Assembly (NCBI GenBank): GCA_937996625.1 | Contig: CALKVA010000008.1 | Location: 20,902 to 84,901 of the forward strand | Direction of reading: 5' to 3' | Source: an uncultured Alphaproteobacteria bacterium | GTDB lineage: Bacteria; Pseudomonadota; Alphaproteobacteria; Puniceispirillales; Puniceispirillaceae | DNA length: 64,000 nt | Part shown: one piece after another, positions 19,657 through 29,147 of the stretch | How the letters are laid out: each line of letters opens with the position of its first letter | Position numbering within the stretch: the first letter of the stretch is position 1 | Translations under genes and position numbers: made by a program | The notes under the pieces: generated by a model | What the model saw: the letters and a program-made list of their open reading frames with translations, nothing else | What the model was told of the DNA's origin: nothing | Databases searched by the model: none

Positions 19657-20589
19657 CTAGCTCGAAAGAAACAATTTTCCACCACATTTTTCCAAAAGAT
19701 CTTGGGCGATTTTTTGACCTAATTCCGTCGCATTTTCAGGCTTACCCGAAGAAGAGGCACTATAGCTTTCCGCTCCATCAGGAGAGTATATATGTGCCTG
19801 AAGATGCAACTTCCCAGATGAGCTTATATAGGCATAAGCAGAAATCGGCGTGCGACAAGATCCATCAAGACCTGCTAGAGTTGCGCGCTCTGCCGTTACA
19901 CAAGAACGTGTATTGTTACAATTCAAGCGAGAAAAAGTCTGCTTAATAAACTCATATTCTGGATGACATTCATAAATCTGAACTGCGAGTGTTCCTTGCG
20001 AGGCAGCAGGTGGCATTTTATCAATATCAATTGGGGAATATGCAATATTCAAATTCAGCCGTTTTAGGCCAGCAACGGCCAAAATAATAGCATCATATTC
20101 ATTGTTTTCAAGACAAGCTATTCTTCGGTTTATATTTCCTCTTAATAGCTGAACATCTAAATCAGGACGATATTTTAATAATTGTGCTTTGCGTCTTACA
20201 GAAGCTGTGCCCACTTTTGCATTTATAGCAAGTTCATCAAGACTTGCAGCTCCTAATATTGCATCTCTTGGATCTTCTCTTGGTAAAATAGATGCAATTT
20301 GTGTATCTGGTGCAAACTGGGTTTCCATATCTTTCAAGGAATGTACAGCGCAATCGGCACTGCCAGATAAAAGCGCTTGCTCAAGTGTTTTAATAAATAC
20401 CCCTTTACCGCCAATTTCGACTAACGGTTTTACAAGGTTTTCATCCCCAGGCGTGGACATACCAACAAGCTGTGCTTGCACTGGCTCAATTAAATCGCAT
20501 ACTAGTTGAGCTTGAGCCATTGCTAGGTTTGATTTTCGTGTGGCGATCGTTAACAAACGGGACGTTTCAGAATTTTTCTTGTCTTGCAT
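19657..20589 (-). CDS. hemC: hydroxymethylbilane synthase (porphobilinogen deaminase)
   Basis: 310 aa. ATRKSNLAMAQA, HSLKDM, LRGNINRR, AERA..AGLDGSCRTPI (cofactor Cys). Confidence 0.92.
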   Translation of the reverse strand: MQDKKNSETSRLLTIATRKSNLAMAQAQLVCDLIEPVQAQLVGMSTPGDENLVKPLVEIGGKGVFIKTLEQALLSGSADCAVHSLKDMETQFAPDTQIASILPREDPRDAILGAASLDELAINAKVGTASVRRKAQLLKYRPDLDVQLLRGNINRRIACLENNEYDAIILAVAGLKRLNLNIAYSPIDIDKMPPAASQGTLAVQIYECHPEYEFIKQTFSRLNCNNTRSCVTAERATLAGLDGSCRTPISAYAYISSSGKLHLQAHIYSPDGAESYSASSSGKPENATELGQKIAQDLLEKCGGKLFLSS

Positions 20590-20632
20590 ATAATCTGTCT
20601 AATAGTATGACGGAAGTTTTCATAGGAAAAAA

Positions 20633-21697
20633 ATGACAAAACAGTCAATCATATTAGGAATAGAAAGCAGTTGTGATGAGACTGCTTGCGCAATTATTAG
20701 GCAGGATGGTGAAATCCTTGCTAATATTATCTCCTCGCAAGCATCTATTCATGCCTCTCACGGCGGTGTTGTACCAGAAGTGGCGGCAAGAGAACATTTA
20801 TCTGCGATGAGGCCAGTAATTACGAAGGCCCTTAAACAATCAGGACTATCCTTTGATAAAATCGATGGTGTTGCTGCAACAGGTGGGCCTGGATTAATAG
20901 GCGGCGTTTTAGTTGGCACCGTAACCGCGAAAGCAATAGCCAGCGCAAGTAATCTTCCCTATTACGCTGTCAACCATCTCGAAGGTCACGCACTAACACC
21001 AAGATTCACACATAATCTGGATTTTCCATACCTATTATTGCTAGTCTCTGGCGGTCACACCCAACTGTTAAATATCAGGGGGCTGGGTAAGTATGAGCGA
21101 TATGGTACTACATTGGACGATGCCGCTGGTGAAGCATTTGATAAAGCCGCAAAAATCTTAGGACTTGGCTACCCAGGTGGGCCAGCGATAGAAGAAGCCG
21201 CCAAGTCGGGAAATCCAACGGCTATAAAATTGCCTATTCCAAGGCAACGATATCATGATTGTCATTTCTCTTTTTCTGGCCTTAAAACAGCACTTGCAAA
21301 TGCAGCATCAACTCATCCAGAACCACTTCCGGTTTGCGACTTTGCTGCAAGTATGCAATCGGCTATATCTGCTTGTCTTGTTAATCGCTCAGCAATTGCA
21401 ATGGAGGCGTTTATCTCTTCTTATAAACACAGGGAACAACCCTCTTTTGTGGTTGCTGGCGGTGTAGCTGCAAACACACAAATTCGGGAGGATTTACAAA
21501 ACCTTGCCAGCTCCTTGAACTTCACTATGGTTTTGCCACCATTAGAATTTTGCACTGATAACGCTGCTATGATTGCTTGGGTTGGCATGGAATACCATCA
21601 AATTGGTATGAATACCGAACTTGATTTCGCACCAAGACCGAGATGGCCACTTGATAATAATGCAACACCGCCACCAGGGCGAGGTGTAAGACAATGA
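20633..21697 (+). CDS. tsaD: tRNA N6-adenosine threonylcarbamoyltransferase
   Basis: 354 aa. GIESSCDETA, NHLEGH, LLVSGGHT. Divergent from hemC. Confidence 0.92.
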   Translation: MTKQSIILGIESSCDETACAIIRQDGEILANIISSQASIHASHGGVVPEVAAREHLSAMRPVITKALKQSGLSFDKIDGVAATGGPGLIGGVLVGTVTAKAIASASNLPYYAVNHLEGHALTPRFTHNLDFPYLLLLVSGGHTQLLNIRGLGKYERYGTTLDDAAGEAFDKAAKILGLGYPGGPAIEEAAKSGNPTAIKLPIPRQRYHDCHFSFSGLKTALANAASTHPEPLPVCDFAASMQSAISACLVNRSAIAMEAFISSYKHREQPSFVVAGGVAANTQIREDLQNLASSLNFTMVLPPLEFCTDNAAMIAWVGMEYHQIGMNTELDFAPRPRWPLDNNATPPPGRGVRQ

Positions 21698-22689
21698 CAG
21701 CTAGCAACTCAAAAACTGGAGAAATAGTCGTCATTGGAGGGGGAAGCTGGGGAGGCGCGCTTGCAGACCAGCTGCAAAAAGCAAAAAATAGCGTTACGGT
21801 GCTTACCCGGCGCCAAGAAACAGCAGATGCCCTTAATCAAGCAAGGCTATTGGCATTGCCTCAGCTTAGACTTAACCAGCCCATATCATCAACACTACAG
21901 CCAGAATGTCTGAGGTCAGCTGAACTGATAGTGATAGCTGTCCCTGTGTCAGCAACCGAAGAGGCAATTCAATTAGTGGGCTCTTATGCACACAAAAAGG
22001 CAATTATACTATTTACTGGTAAAGGGCTTCTACCTCACCCTCAAAAGGGCGGCGTGTTCCTGCCAGAATGGGTGAATGAAAGCTTAGGCGAATTTAACCC
22101 CTATGGGCTCTTAAGTGGGCCATCATTTGCGGATGAGGTAATCTTAGATAAGCCTGCCGCTGTTATGATCGCTTCTAATTCTCTTTCGCTATCTTATATA
22201 ATTGCCGATTATTTCTCGATGAGTTGTTTGAGGTGTTATGTGGGAGATGATGTAATGGGTGTTGCTGTTGGAGGTGCTGTCAAAAATATTATTGCTATCG
22301 CAGCTGGTATTGCTACTGGATTAGAACTTGGGGATAATGCGCGTGCTGCATTGGTAACACGAGGCCTTGCCGAAATTTCGCGACTAGCTGTAAAAATAGG
22401 TGGCAATGGCAAAACGCTAAATGGTTTGGCAGGGATGGGGGATTTAATGCTATCCTGTTCTGGTCCTCATTCTCGTAATATGGCTTATGGAATGGCCCTT
22501 GCAAAAAAACAGCATCCTGAACAGAAATTAGCAGAAGGAAGCAAAGCAGCTGCCCTTCTTAACGCAAGAGCAGAATATGAAGATATCGAATTACCAATTG
22601 CGCAATCTGTTTATCGTATTTTGCAACATCCTGAGACCATAGAGAACGAAATTAGGACGCTTTTATCAAGAACCGTAACGATTGAATAG
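21694..22689 (+). CDS. gpsA: NAD(P)H-dependent glycerol-3-phosphate dehydrogenase
   Basis: 331 aa. GGGSWG, GPSFADEV, GGAVKNIIAIAAG. ATGA overlap with tsaD. Confidence 0.9.
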   Translation: MTASNSKTGEIVVIGGGSWGGALADQLQKAKNSVTVLTRRQETADALNQARLLALPQLRLNQPISSTLQPECLRSAELIVIAVPVSATEEAIQLVGSYAHKKAIILFTGKGLLPHPQKGGVFLPEWVNESLGEFNPYGLLSGPSFADEVILDKPAAVMIASNSLSLSYIIADYFSMSCLRCYVGDDVMGVAVGGAVKNIIAIAAGIATGLELGDNARAALVTRGLAEISRLAVKIGGNGKTLNGLAGMGDLMLSCSGPHSRNMAYGMALAKKQHPEQKLAEGSKAAALLNARAEYEDIELPIAQSVYRILQHPETIENEIRTLLSRTVTIE

Positions 22690-22745
22690 AATGGCAGGAT
22701 TGTCGTTGCTTGTTTAAAATAACAAAACACTAAAAAGAGGCTTAC

Positions 22746-23165
22746 ATGGCATATTGGCTATTTAAATCAGAACCGAATACATGGTCATTTGATGATCAAC
22801 TGGCTAAGGGAGATGAAGGCGAAGGCTGGGATGGCGTTCGCAATTATCAAGCTGGCAATAATATGAAAGCTATGGAGATAGGAGATCTAGGATTTTTCTA
22901 TCACTCTGTAATTGAAAAACGCATTGTTGGAATTGTACGTGTTACCGAGAAATGGCACCTTGATCCAACCGACCCAACAGGGCGCTTTGGAATGGTTACG
23001 GTAGTTGCGGTAAAAGAGGTTGTAAAACCTGTTACACTTGCAGAAATTAAAAATGAGCCGTTACTGGAAAATTTCGCACTCGTGCGTCAATCGCGTCTAT
23101 CCGTAGTACCTGTATTACAAGACGAATGGGGTATTTTACTAAATATGAGCAATACCGTTATATAA
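22746..23165 (+). CDS. EVE (PUA-like) domain protein
   Basis: 139 aa. MAYWLFKSEP...W.GVRNYQA.NNMK.M..GD..FFYHS signature of EVE/DUF55 proteins. Confidence 0.8.
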   Translation: MAYWLFKSEPNTWSFDDQLAKGDEGEGWDGVRNYQAGNNMKAMEIGDLGFFYHSVIEKRIVGIVRVTEKWHLDPTDPTGRFGMVTVVAVKEVVKPVTLAEIKNEPLLENFALVRQSRLSVVPVLQDEWGILLNMSNTVI

Positions 23166-23187
23166 TGCTTACCAAAATATTCAGGCT

Positions 23188-23562
23188 TTAAGATTGGGCA
23201 TCCTTTCTAGAATTACGGTGAATAAAATACAAATTACGCGCATATATAAATAACCCCAGACCTTGACCGCATATGATAACAGGGTCTTTGCGCCATAGCG
23301 CATATAATAAAAGCACTAATCCGCCACCTATTGAGAAATACCAAAATGCAAGTGGAATGACCGATTTCTTTTCGCCTTCAGATTTAATCCATTGGATAAT
23401 AAACCTCATAGCGAATAAAAACTGTCCGCCAAAACCAACAATGACCATCAAAGTTGCTGGATTTTCAGAAATTGAAGCAGGCAGGAATGGAATAGCTGTG
23501 TGCAGAAAGCTACCCGTTGCTAGTGCGGACGTACCTATTATATTTGAGATGATATCAAGCAT
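23188..23562 (-). CDS. small membrane protein with lipid-A-biosynthesis N-terminal (LAB_N) domain
   Basis: 124 aa. FIIQWIKSEGEKKSVIPLAFWYFSIGGG...GLFIYARNLYF matches the LAB_N pattern. Downstream of the GT2/GT39 genes. Confidence 0.65.
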   Translation of the reverse strand: MLDIISNIIGTSALATGSFLHTAIPFLPASISENPATLMVIVGFGGQFLFAMRFIIQWIKSEGEKKSVIPLAFWYFSIGGGLVLLLYALWRKDPVIICGQGLGLFIYARNLYFIHRNSRKDAQS

Positions 23563-23572
23563 TTAGTTTTTT

Positions 23573-24376
23573 TCAGTACTTCTCGGTTTCATTATTATGT
23601 AATGTTTTTGGGGAAATCTCTTTAATTTCTTCTGGGTGGTTTGTGCGACTAAGAAGCCACATAACGCCCATAATATCAGAAATTCCAACCAGTAATCTAT
23701 CTAAAATTCCATATTTGGAATTGCCTTGCTCGCGAGCGCGGTGACCAACTGGCACTTCAATTACCACCCCCCCTTCTCTTCGAACCAGAACCGACATAAA
23801 CCGATGCATATGATTAAAAAAAGGAACCCGCAAAAATACTTCCCTATCTACTATTTTAATCCCACAGCCAGAGTCAGGGTGAGAATCTTTTAGCAACCAA
23901 CCTCTTAGGTTCTTAGCTCTGCGAGAAGCAAATTTCTTCATTGCTGAATCTTTTCTTCCCTGTCGCACGCCCCCTGCCATGCCCAAATTAGGGCGCGCTG
24001 CCAATAAAGCTTTTTCTAACGCAGGCAGGTCAGCTGGGATATTTTGACCATCCCCATCTAAAACAGCAATGAGAGGCGCTCTTGAGGCAAGCAGCCCTGT
24101 GCGAATGGCAACGCTTTGTCCACTTCGTTTTTTATGACGTAAAACCCGCAACTCTTTAATTTCAGACACGCATTTTTGTAACTCAGCCCCTGTTTCATCC
24201 GTACTGCCATCATCAATATAAATAATTTCAAAAGATCTGCCTTGAAAAGTATTGCATATCTCGTCAATCAAGGGCCTGACATTTCCAGCCTCGTTCATAA
24301 CTGGCACAAGCACTGAAATCTCCGGTGCTAACACAGCATGAGATGCATTCTCTGGATAGGTGATAAATTGTGCCAT
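23573..24376 (-). CDS. polyprenol-phosphate glycosyltransferase, GT2 family (ArnC/Dpm1-like)
   Basis: 267 aa. SVLVPVMNE...IIYIDDGSTDET...LDGDGQN (DxD-type motifs). Confidence 0.8.
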   Translation of the reverse strand: MAQFITYPENASHAVLAPEISVLVPVMNEAGNVRPLIDEICNTFQGRSFEIIYIDDGSTDETGAELQKCVSEIKELRVLRHKKRSGQSVAIRTGLLASRAPLIAVLDGDGQNIPADLPALEKALLAARPNLGMAGGVRQGRKDSAMKKFASRRAKNLRGWLLKDSHPDSGCGIKIVDREVFLRVPFFNHMHRFMSVLVRREGGVVIEVPVGHRAREQGNSKYGILDRLLVGISDIMGVMWLLSRTNHPEEIKEISPKTLHNNETEKY

Positions 24377-24409
24377 AAAACATAATCTTAAGACGGTTTT
24401 TTAGTGGTC

Positions 24410-26152
24410 TTAGCCGTTCAAACTCTTATCGTCAAATTTAATCGAAGAAATGAAATATAATTCAACAAATTGTCCTTTAGAAATATTGAACCCGTCAACC
24501 TTAGATAGCTGATGGGTCGGTATATCTAGCTTTAACGCAGCTGTCTGAAATTGTTTTAAATGGCGTGATTCAACGATGATTGTTGCCTCTGGCGCCTCTG
24601 CCAAAAGTAAGGCGGCCTCATTTGCAGAAAGCAATAAAATTTCTTCCCCCAATGTAAATACAGCAGAAGGTTCGTGATAACCTGCCAGTGCGATAATGTT
24701 AGCATCTATGGCAAGTGCTTCGAGTTCCTGTTCGATTAAGGACGCAATATGAATAGATTTTAAGTTCCCAATAATGCCAGAAAATAACACGCAATTAAAC
24801 GCAATTCCAAGAATACTAGCTACAAGCACGACCTGGCCACGTTTTATAATCTGAGTTGAATCATCCCTAATCCATTTAAAGCCGAATGCAAAAATACCAA
24901 AAATTAGTAATAATGCAAAAAGCACAAACGCAAATGCAAAGCCTCCATTTTCTGCCCCTAATTTTGCGGCACCCCACAATCCAGCTGAAAGCAGCAAAAC
25001 CCCGCTCAAAGCAGATATCACAAATATTATCACTTCAGTGATACGGCGCCATTTCAATAAGGAGACGGGCAGAAATACGGCTCTGCCAATAAGCATAATA
25101 AGCGCTGGTAGTATCGGTAATATATAATGCGGCAATTTAGTTGGAATTAATTCGATCACAAACCAATAACCCACAAACCATACAAAACAGAACTTAGTTG
25201 CATCAGACCTCCAAAATTGAGCGTTTGTTCTACTAAAAGAGCCCAGAAATATAGAAACTGGAAACATCAATAACAGAATAGTTAACACATAAGTGCCAGG
25301 GGGTGCACCATGAGATTCCTGCCCACTAGCGAGTTTTGGCAAAAGGTCTTTTGTGACCGCTTGAGCAAGAAAACTGCCATCTGTAGCGATTGAAACAGCT
25401 AAAAACCAGGGAAGACAAATTATGCCAATAATAAGCAAGCCAGATACAAAACGAAGTTCTCTTATCCAGCGCAATTCGCGCTCTATAATCACCAATCCAA
25501 GCAGTGTCGTTAGCGCCAGAAAAGGTGCGATAGGTCCTTTAACCAATATGGCAAATGCCATTGAGACCCAAAACCAAACCCGCCCAGATCTATTATTTAG
25601 AAGGTGTTTGTTAAGGTGTTTATCAAGATGTCTATTTTTGTAAAATAACCATAAAGAGAACTGTTGAGTCATTATTAGGCTTAATAATAGTGAATCTGTT
25701 TTAGCGATATGCGCTTCGGCAAGTATAATAAAACAACTAGCAAGTAAAGACGAAGAGACAAGTTGCTGTAAATGGCGTGAATCAGGCCATAAATTTCGCA
25801 CAAACAAATAGCATAAAACCAGACTTACAATATAACCAACTAAGCTTGGGAGCCGATAGGATGATATGTCTTCTGAACCGAATAAGGCGGCTGATGCAGA
25901 TTGCAGCCAATAAATGCCAATTGGTTTTTTTGCTCGTAATTCATCTTGAAACTTAACCGTTATAATATCTGCTGTTTCCACCATTTGCTTACTTGCCTGC
26001 GCAAATCGTGCTTCGTCGCGATCAATAACGTTGATTGTAGCATGGCCAATTAGGATTAACAGACTGGCAAATATGACAAGAATCCATAAGCCCAACCGGC
26101 GGTGGCTTAACAATTTTGCATTAGCAAGCATTTCTGAATGGGAATTTAACAA
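24410..26152 (-). CDS. ArnT/PMT-like glycosyltransferase, GT39/GT83 type (polytopic)
   Basis: 580 aa with at least 10 TM helices. N-terminal DRDEARFAQASKQM motif as in ArnT-like enzymes. The ORF-track start is TTG (26152). The first ATG is at 26131. Confidence 0.75.
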   Translation of the reverse strand: MLNSHSEMLANAKLLSHRRLGLWILVIFASLLILIGHATINVIDRDEARFAQASKQMVETADIITVKFQDELRAKKPIGIYWLQSASAALFGSEDISSYRLPSLVGYIVSLVLCYLFVRNLWPDSRHLQQLVSSSLLASCFIILAEAHIAKTDSLLLSLIMTQQFSLWLFYKNRHLDKHLNKHLLNNRSGRVWFWVSMAFAILVKGPIAPFLALTTLLGLVIIERELRWIRELRFVSGLLIIGIICLPWFLAVSIATDGSFLAQAVTKDLLPKLASGQESHGAPPGTYVLTILLLMFPVSIFLGSFSRTNAQFWRSDATKFCFVWFVGYWFVIELIPTKLPHYILPILPALIMLIGRAVFLPVSLLKWRRITEVIIFVISALSGVLLLSAGLWGAAKLGAENGGFAFAFVLFALLLIFGIFAFGFKWIRDDSTQIIKRGQVVLVASILGIAFNCVLFSGIIGNLKSIHIASLIEQELEALAIDANIIALAGYHEPSAVFTLGEEILLLSANEAALLLAEAPEATIIVESRHLKQFQTAALKLDIPTHQLSKVDGFNISKGQFVELYFISSIKFDDKSLNG

Positions 26153-26455
26153 CCAAGCTCTCTTCTAACTATTTTCATATAAAGCGACAATTAAATCTAT
26201 AAAAGTTGTCTATTTAATTGCCTATTTAATAGTTAGATTTAGCCGATTTAAGAAATTTTGACCATGGCCTGCTATAAATATTTCCTCTTTTTACAAAATT
26301 TGTTTTATTTAACATTTAAAACAGTACTGCATTTTACTTTTATCTAATGTGAAAGAAACTTATAAGATATAAATCAAGATAATTTCCCACTTGCTTAATC
26401 TGCTAATCACAGCACAATAGACGTAAAATTTGGGCTACGATTTTAAAGGACGGCT

Positions 26456-27937
26456 ATGTTGGATTATCTTGAAGTTAAGACGGGGTTAACCTCTGATAAT
26501 GATGGGCTAAGGCCAGTTTACCTGATTATTTCCTCTGAATTTCATAAATGGGTAGAGAATAAACCCCCCTATTGGAAATCTTGGATAAAGCAAAATAATT
26601 TCCAGCCTGATTCAGGTTGCTTTTTGCTCTTTCCTGATAAGAACGGAAATGTTGAAGCAGCATTATTAATAATCTCTGAATCATCTTCCACTTTTTTAAA
26701 TAACGCAGATACAAACTGGACTGACTCAGATTGGCCTGGCATTTGGGAAATGGCTATCGCTGCTAAAAAATGCCCTGCTGGTATCTGGAAAATAGAATTC
26801 GGGAATAAAGAATTTAAAAAAAAGCCGTTCATTTTAGGGTGGGGATTAGCACAATATAATTATGATTTTCCTGAAAAACCGAATGATCCTCAAAAGAACC
26901 CCCCTAAAGATAAAGACCAAAATACAGAAAAACCTGAATCTGCGCAGCTATACGCACCAGATGCGGGAGAAGTGCCTGCATTGATTAAGGCTATATCGCT
27001 TTGCCGAAATCTTATTAATTTACCAGCAAACTATCTAAACACTTCAAAATTAGCACATATAGCTTCACAGCTTGCTGACAGGTTCTCAGCTGATTTCACA
27101 TTGTATTCTGGTGCAAAGCTAGCAACACATGCACCATCAATTAATGTGGTTGGACGCGCTGCAGAAACGCCTCCGTGTTTAATAGATTTTAAATGGGGCA
27201 CAAAAGGACCTAAAATAACCGTAATTGGCAAGGGCATAACCTTTGATACCGGGGGTCTTGACCTCAAACCGTCAAAAGCCATGGAGATAATGAAAAAAGA
27301 TATGGGGGGAGCAGCACATGCCCTTGGTCTGGCATCGGCCATTATGGAAACTGGCCTTAGCGTACAATTACGTGTTTTAATACCAGCTGCCGAAAATTCA
27401 GTTTCTGATAAATCCATGCGGCCTCTTGATATTATTGAAACTGCTGCAGGAATTCCTGTTGAGGTAGGCAACACCGACGCAGAAGGACGCCTAGTATTAG
27501 CAGACGCATTATTCTACGCCAAAAAGGATAATCCAGACTTTGTGGTTGATTTTGCAACACTAACTGGTGCTGCCAGAGTAGCTCTTGGCACAGAATGCCC
27601 TGCTGTTTTTTGTAACAAAACAGAGACCGCTAGACAACTCATGTCGATAGGCGAGAAAATAGATGACCCGATTTGGCAACTGCCATTATTTGCGCCATAT
27701 GAGCGATATTTAAAAACAGGAACATCTGCGGTTTCAAGTACAGGTCAATCAGGATATGGCGGCGCTATAACAGCAGCACTATTCTTGCAAAAGTTCATTG
27801 GCAAAGATTTAAATTGGGCGCATATCGATGTTATGGCATGGAATCTCTCGAGCAGACCGGGCAGGCCAAAAGGAGGAGAAGCTATGGGACTTCGAACCGT
27901 TTATCAATATATTGCGGAACTTGCCAAAAATCATTAG
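26456..27937 (+). CDS. M17-family leucyl aminopeptidase-like protein
   Basis: 493 aa. VIGKGITFDTGGLDLKP and NTDAEGRLVLADAL catalytic motifs. Atypical N-terminal domain with a Pro/Lys/Asp-rich insert. Confidence 0.85.
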   Translation: MLDYLEVKTGLTSDNDGLRPVYLIISSEFHKWVENKPPYWKSWIKQNNFQPDSGCFLLFPDKNGNVEAALLIISESSSTFLNNADTNWTDSDWPGIWEMAIAAKKCPAGIWKIEFGNKEFKKKPFILGWGLAQYNYDFPEKPNDPQKNPPKDKDQNTEKPESAQLYAPDAGEVPALIKAISLCRNLINLPANYLNTSKLAHIASQLADRFSADFTLYSGAKLATHAPSINVVGRAAETPPCLIDFKWGTKGPKITVIGKGITFDTGGLDLKPSKAMEIMKKDMGGAAHALGLASAIMETGLSVQLRVLIPAAENSVSDKSMRPLDIIETAAGIPVEVGNTDAEGRLVLADALFYAKKDNPDFVVDFATLTGAARVALGTECPAVFCNKTETARQLMSIGEKIDDPIWQLPLFAPYERYLKTGTSAVSSTGQSGYGGAITAALFLQKFIGKDLNWAHIDVMAWNLSSRPGRPKGGEAMGLRTVYQYIAELAKNH

Positions 27938-27990
27938 CGTTATATAAAGATAATTAAATTCAGTTAATTATAAGTTTAGGGGAAATAAAA

Positions 27991-29136
27991 ATGGCTAATT
28001 CTAAAAAAAAGGAAATTGGGCTTGCGATAGTGGGTTGCGGCGCTATCGGCAGGATAAGAGCCATCATGGCACGCGATTACCCAGGAATAGGTTGGATTGG
28101 CTTATGTGATATCGACACAGAACTTGGTAAGACATTACAAAAAGACACAAACGCAGATTTTTTTACAGATGATTATAACAAACTTCTCGCAAGAAGTGAG
28201 GTAGATGCCGTAATTATTGCAACTGATGAAAATCACCATTTTGGACCAACAATGGCAGCCGTAGAAGCTGGAGCAAGTTTATTTATCGAAAAGCCCCTAG
28301 CTACTGACATTCAGGAATCAGCAAAAATTTTGGCCGCAATAGAGGCCGCAGGGCTAGATGCGGTGATGGGATATACACAGCGTTTCAGGAGGCGTTTTCT
28401 CACTGTAAAACAACGCTTAGAAGAAGGACGCATTGGAGATGTCACATCAGTTGTTACCCGTGCATTTATGAATTCAATGGTGCCTATTGCTACCGTGCGG
28501 AGAACAAACGAGCGTCAAAATCTTACCCCAATGGTTGTATCTGGCACGCATAGCCTTGATATGTCTTTATGGTTGTTAGAGGGTAAGACACCCGCGCAAA
28601 TTTTTGCAAAATCAGTTGATAAATCGCTTTCACAATATGGTACCAAAGATGCAACATTCGGTCTTTTTACCATGGATGATGGCACGATTTTCAGCATGAA
28701 TATTAGCTGGGCACTTCCTCAGGTTTGGCCTGGATCAGTTTACGGGCTTGAGATTGGTATCGTTGGCACCGAGGGTGTGATTGATATAGAGGATACTCAT
28801 AGGGATCTAGTGCTGGCTAGCACAAAGTCACAAGGTGGGGGATATGTTCCCCATGGATTTGAGCCTCCGCAGAGACATGTTGATTTTCTTACATCTTACC
28901 CGCCCGGCGATATTTATGGTGGCCAGCTATGGGGCCCTATGCGTGAAGAGACTAATTCTTGGTATCAGAGATTAGTTACTGGACAATCAACACCACACGC
29001 AACCGCCAAAGACGGGCATAGGAACCTAGTGCTTACAATGGCGATGGATGCATCAGCCTTTACCGGAGAGGCTATTGATTTAACCGATAATTTAGAAAAA
29101 CACATTCTAGAAATACAGTCCTCAGTGAAAAAATAG
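27991..29136 (+). CDS. Gfo/Idh/MocA-family oxidoreductase
   Basis: 381 aa. N-terminal Rossmann LAIVGCGAIGRIRA, EKP motif (FIEKPLA). Confidence 0.8.
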   Translation: MANSKKKEIGLAIVGCGAIGRIRAIMARDYPGIGWIGLCDIDTELGKTLQKDTNADFFTDDYNKLLARSEVDAVIIATDENHHFGPTMAAVEAGASLFIEKPLATDIQESAKILAAIEAAGLDAVMGYTQRFRRRFLTVKQRLEEGRIGDVTSVVTRAFMNSMVPIATVRRTNERQNLTPMVVSGTHSLDMSLWLLEGKTPAQIFAKSVDKSLSQYGTKDATFGLFTMDDGTIFSMNISWALPQVWPGSVYGLEIGIVGTEGVIDIEDTHRDLVLASTKSQGGGYVPHGFEPPQRHVDFLTSYPPGDIYGGQLWGPMREETNSWYQRLVTGQSTPHATAKDGHRNLVLTMAMDASAFTGEAIDLTDNLEKHILEIQSSVKK

Positions 29137-29147
29137 GGAAAGTAATT

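Noticed and set aside
27031-27474. 147-aa minus-strand ORF
   Set aside because: It is antisense to the M17 peptidase catalytic domain.
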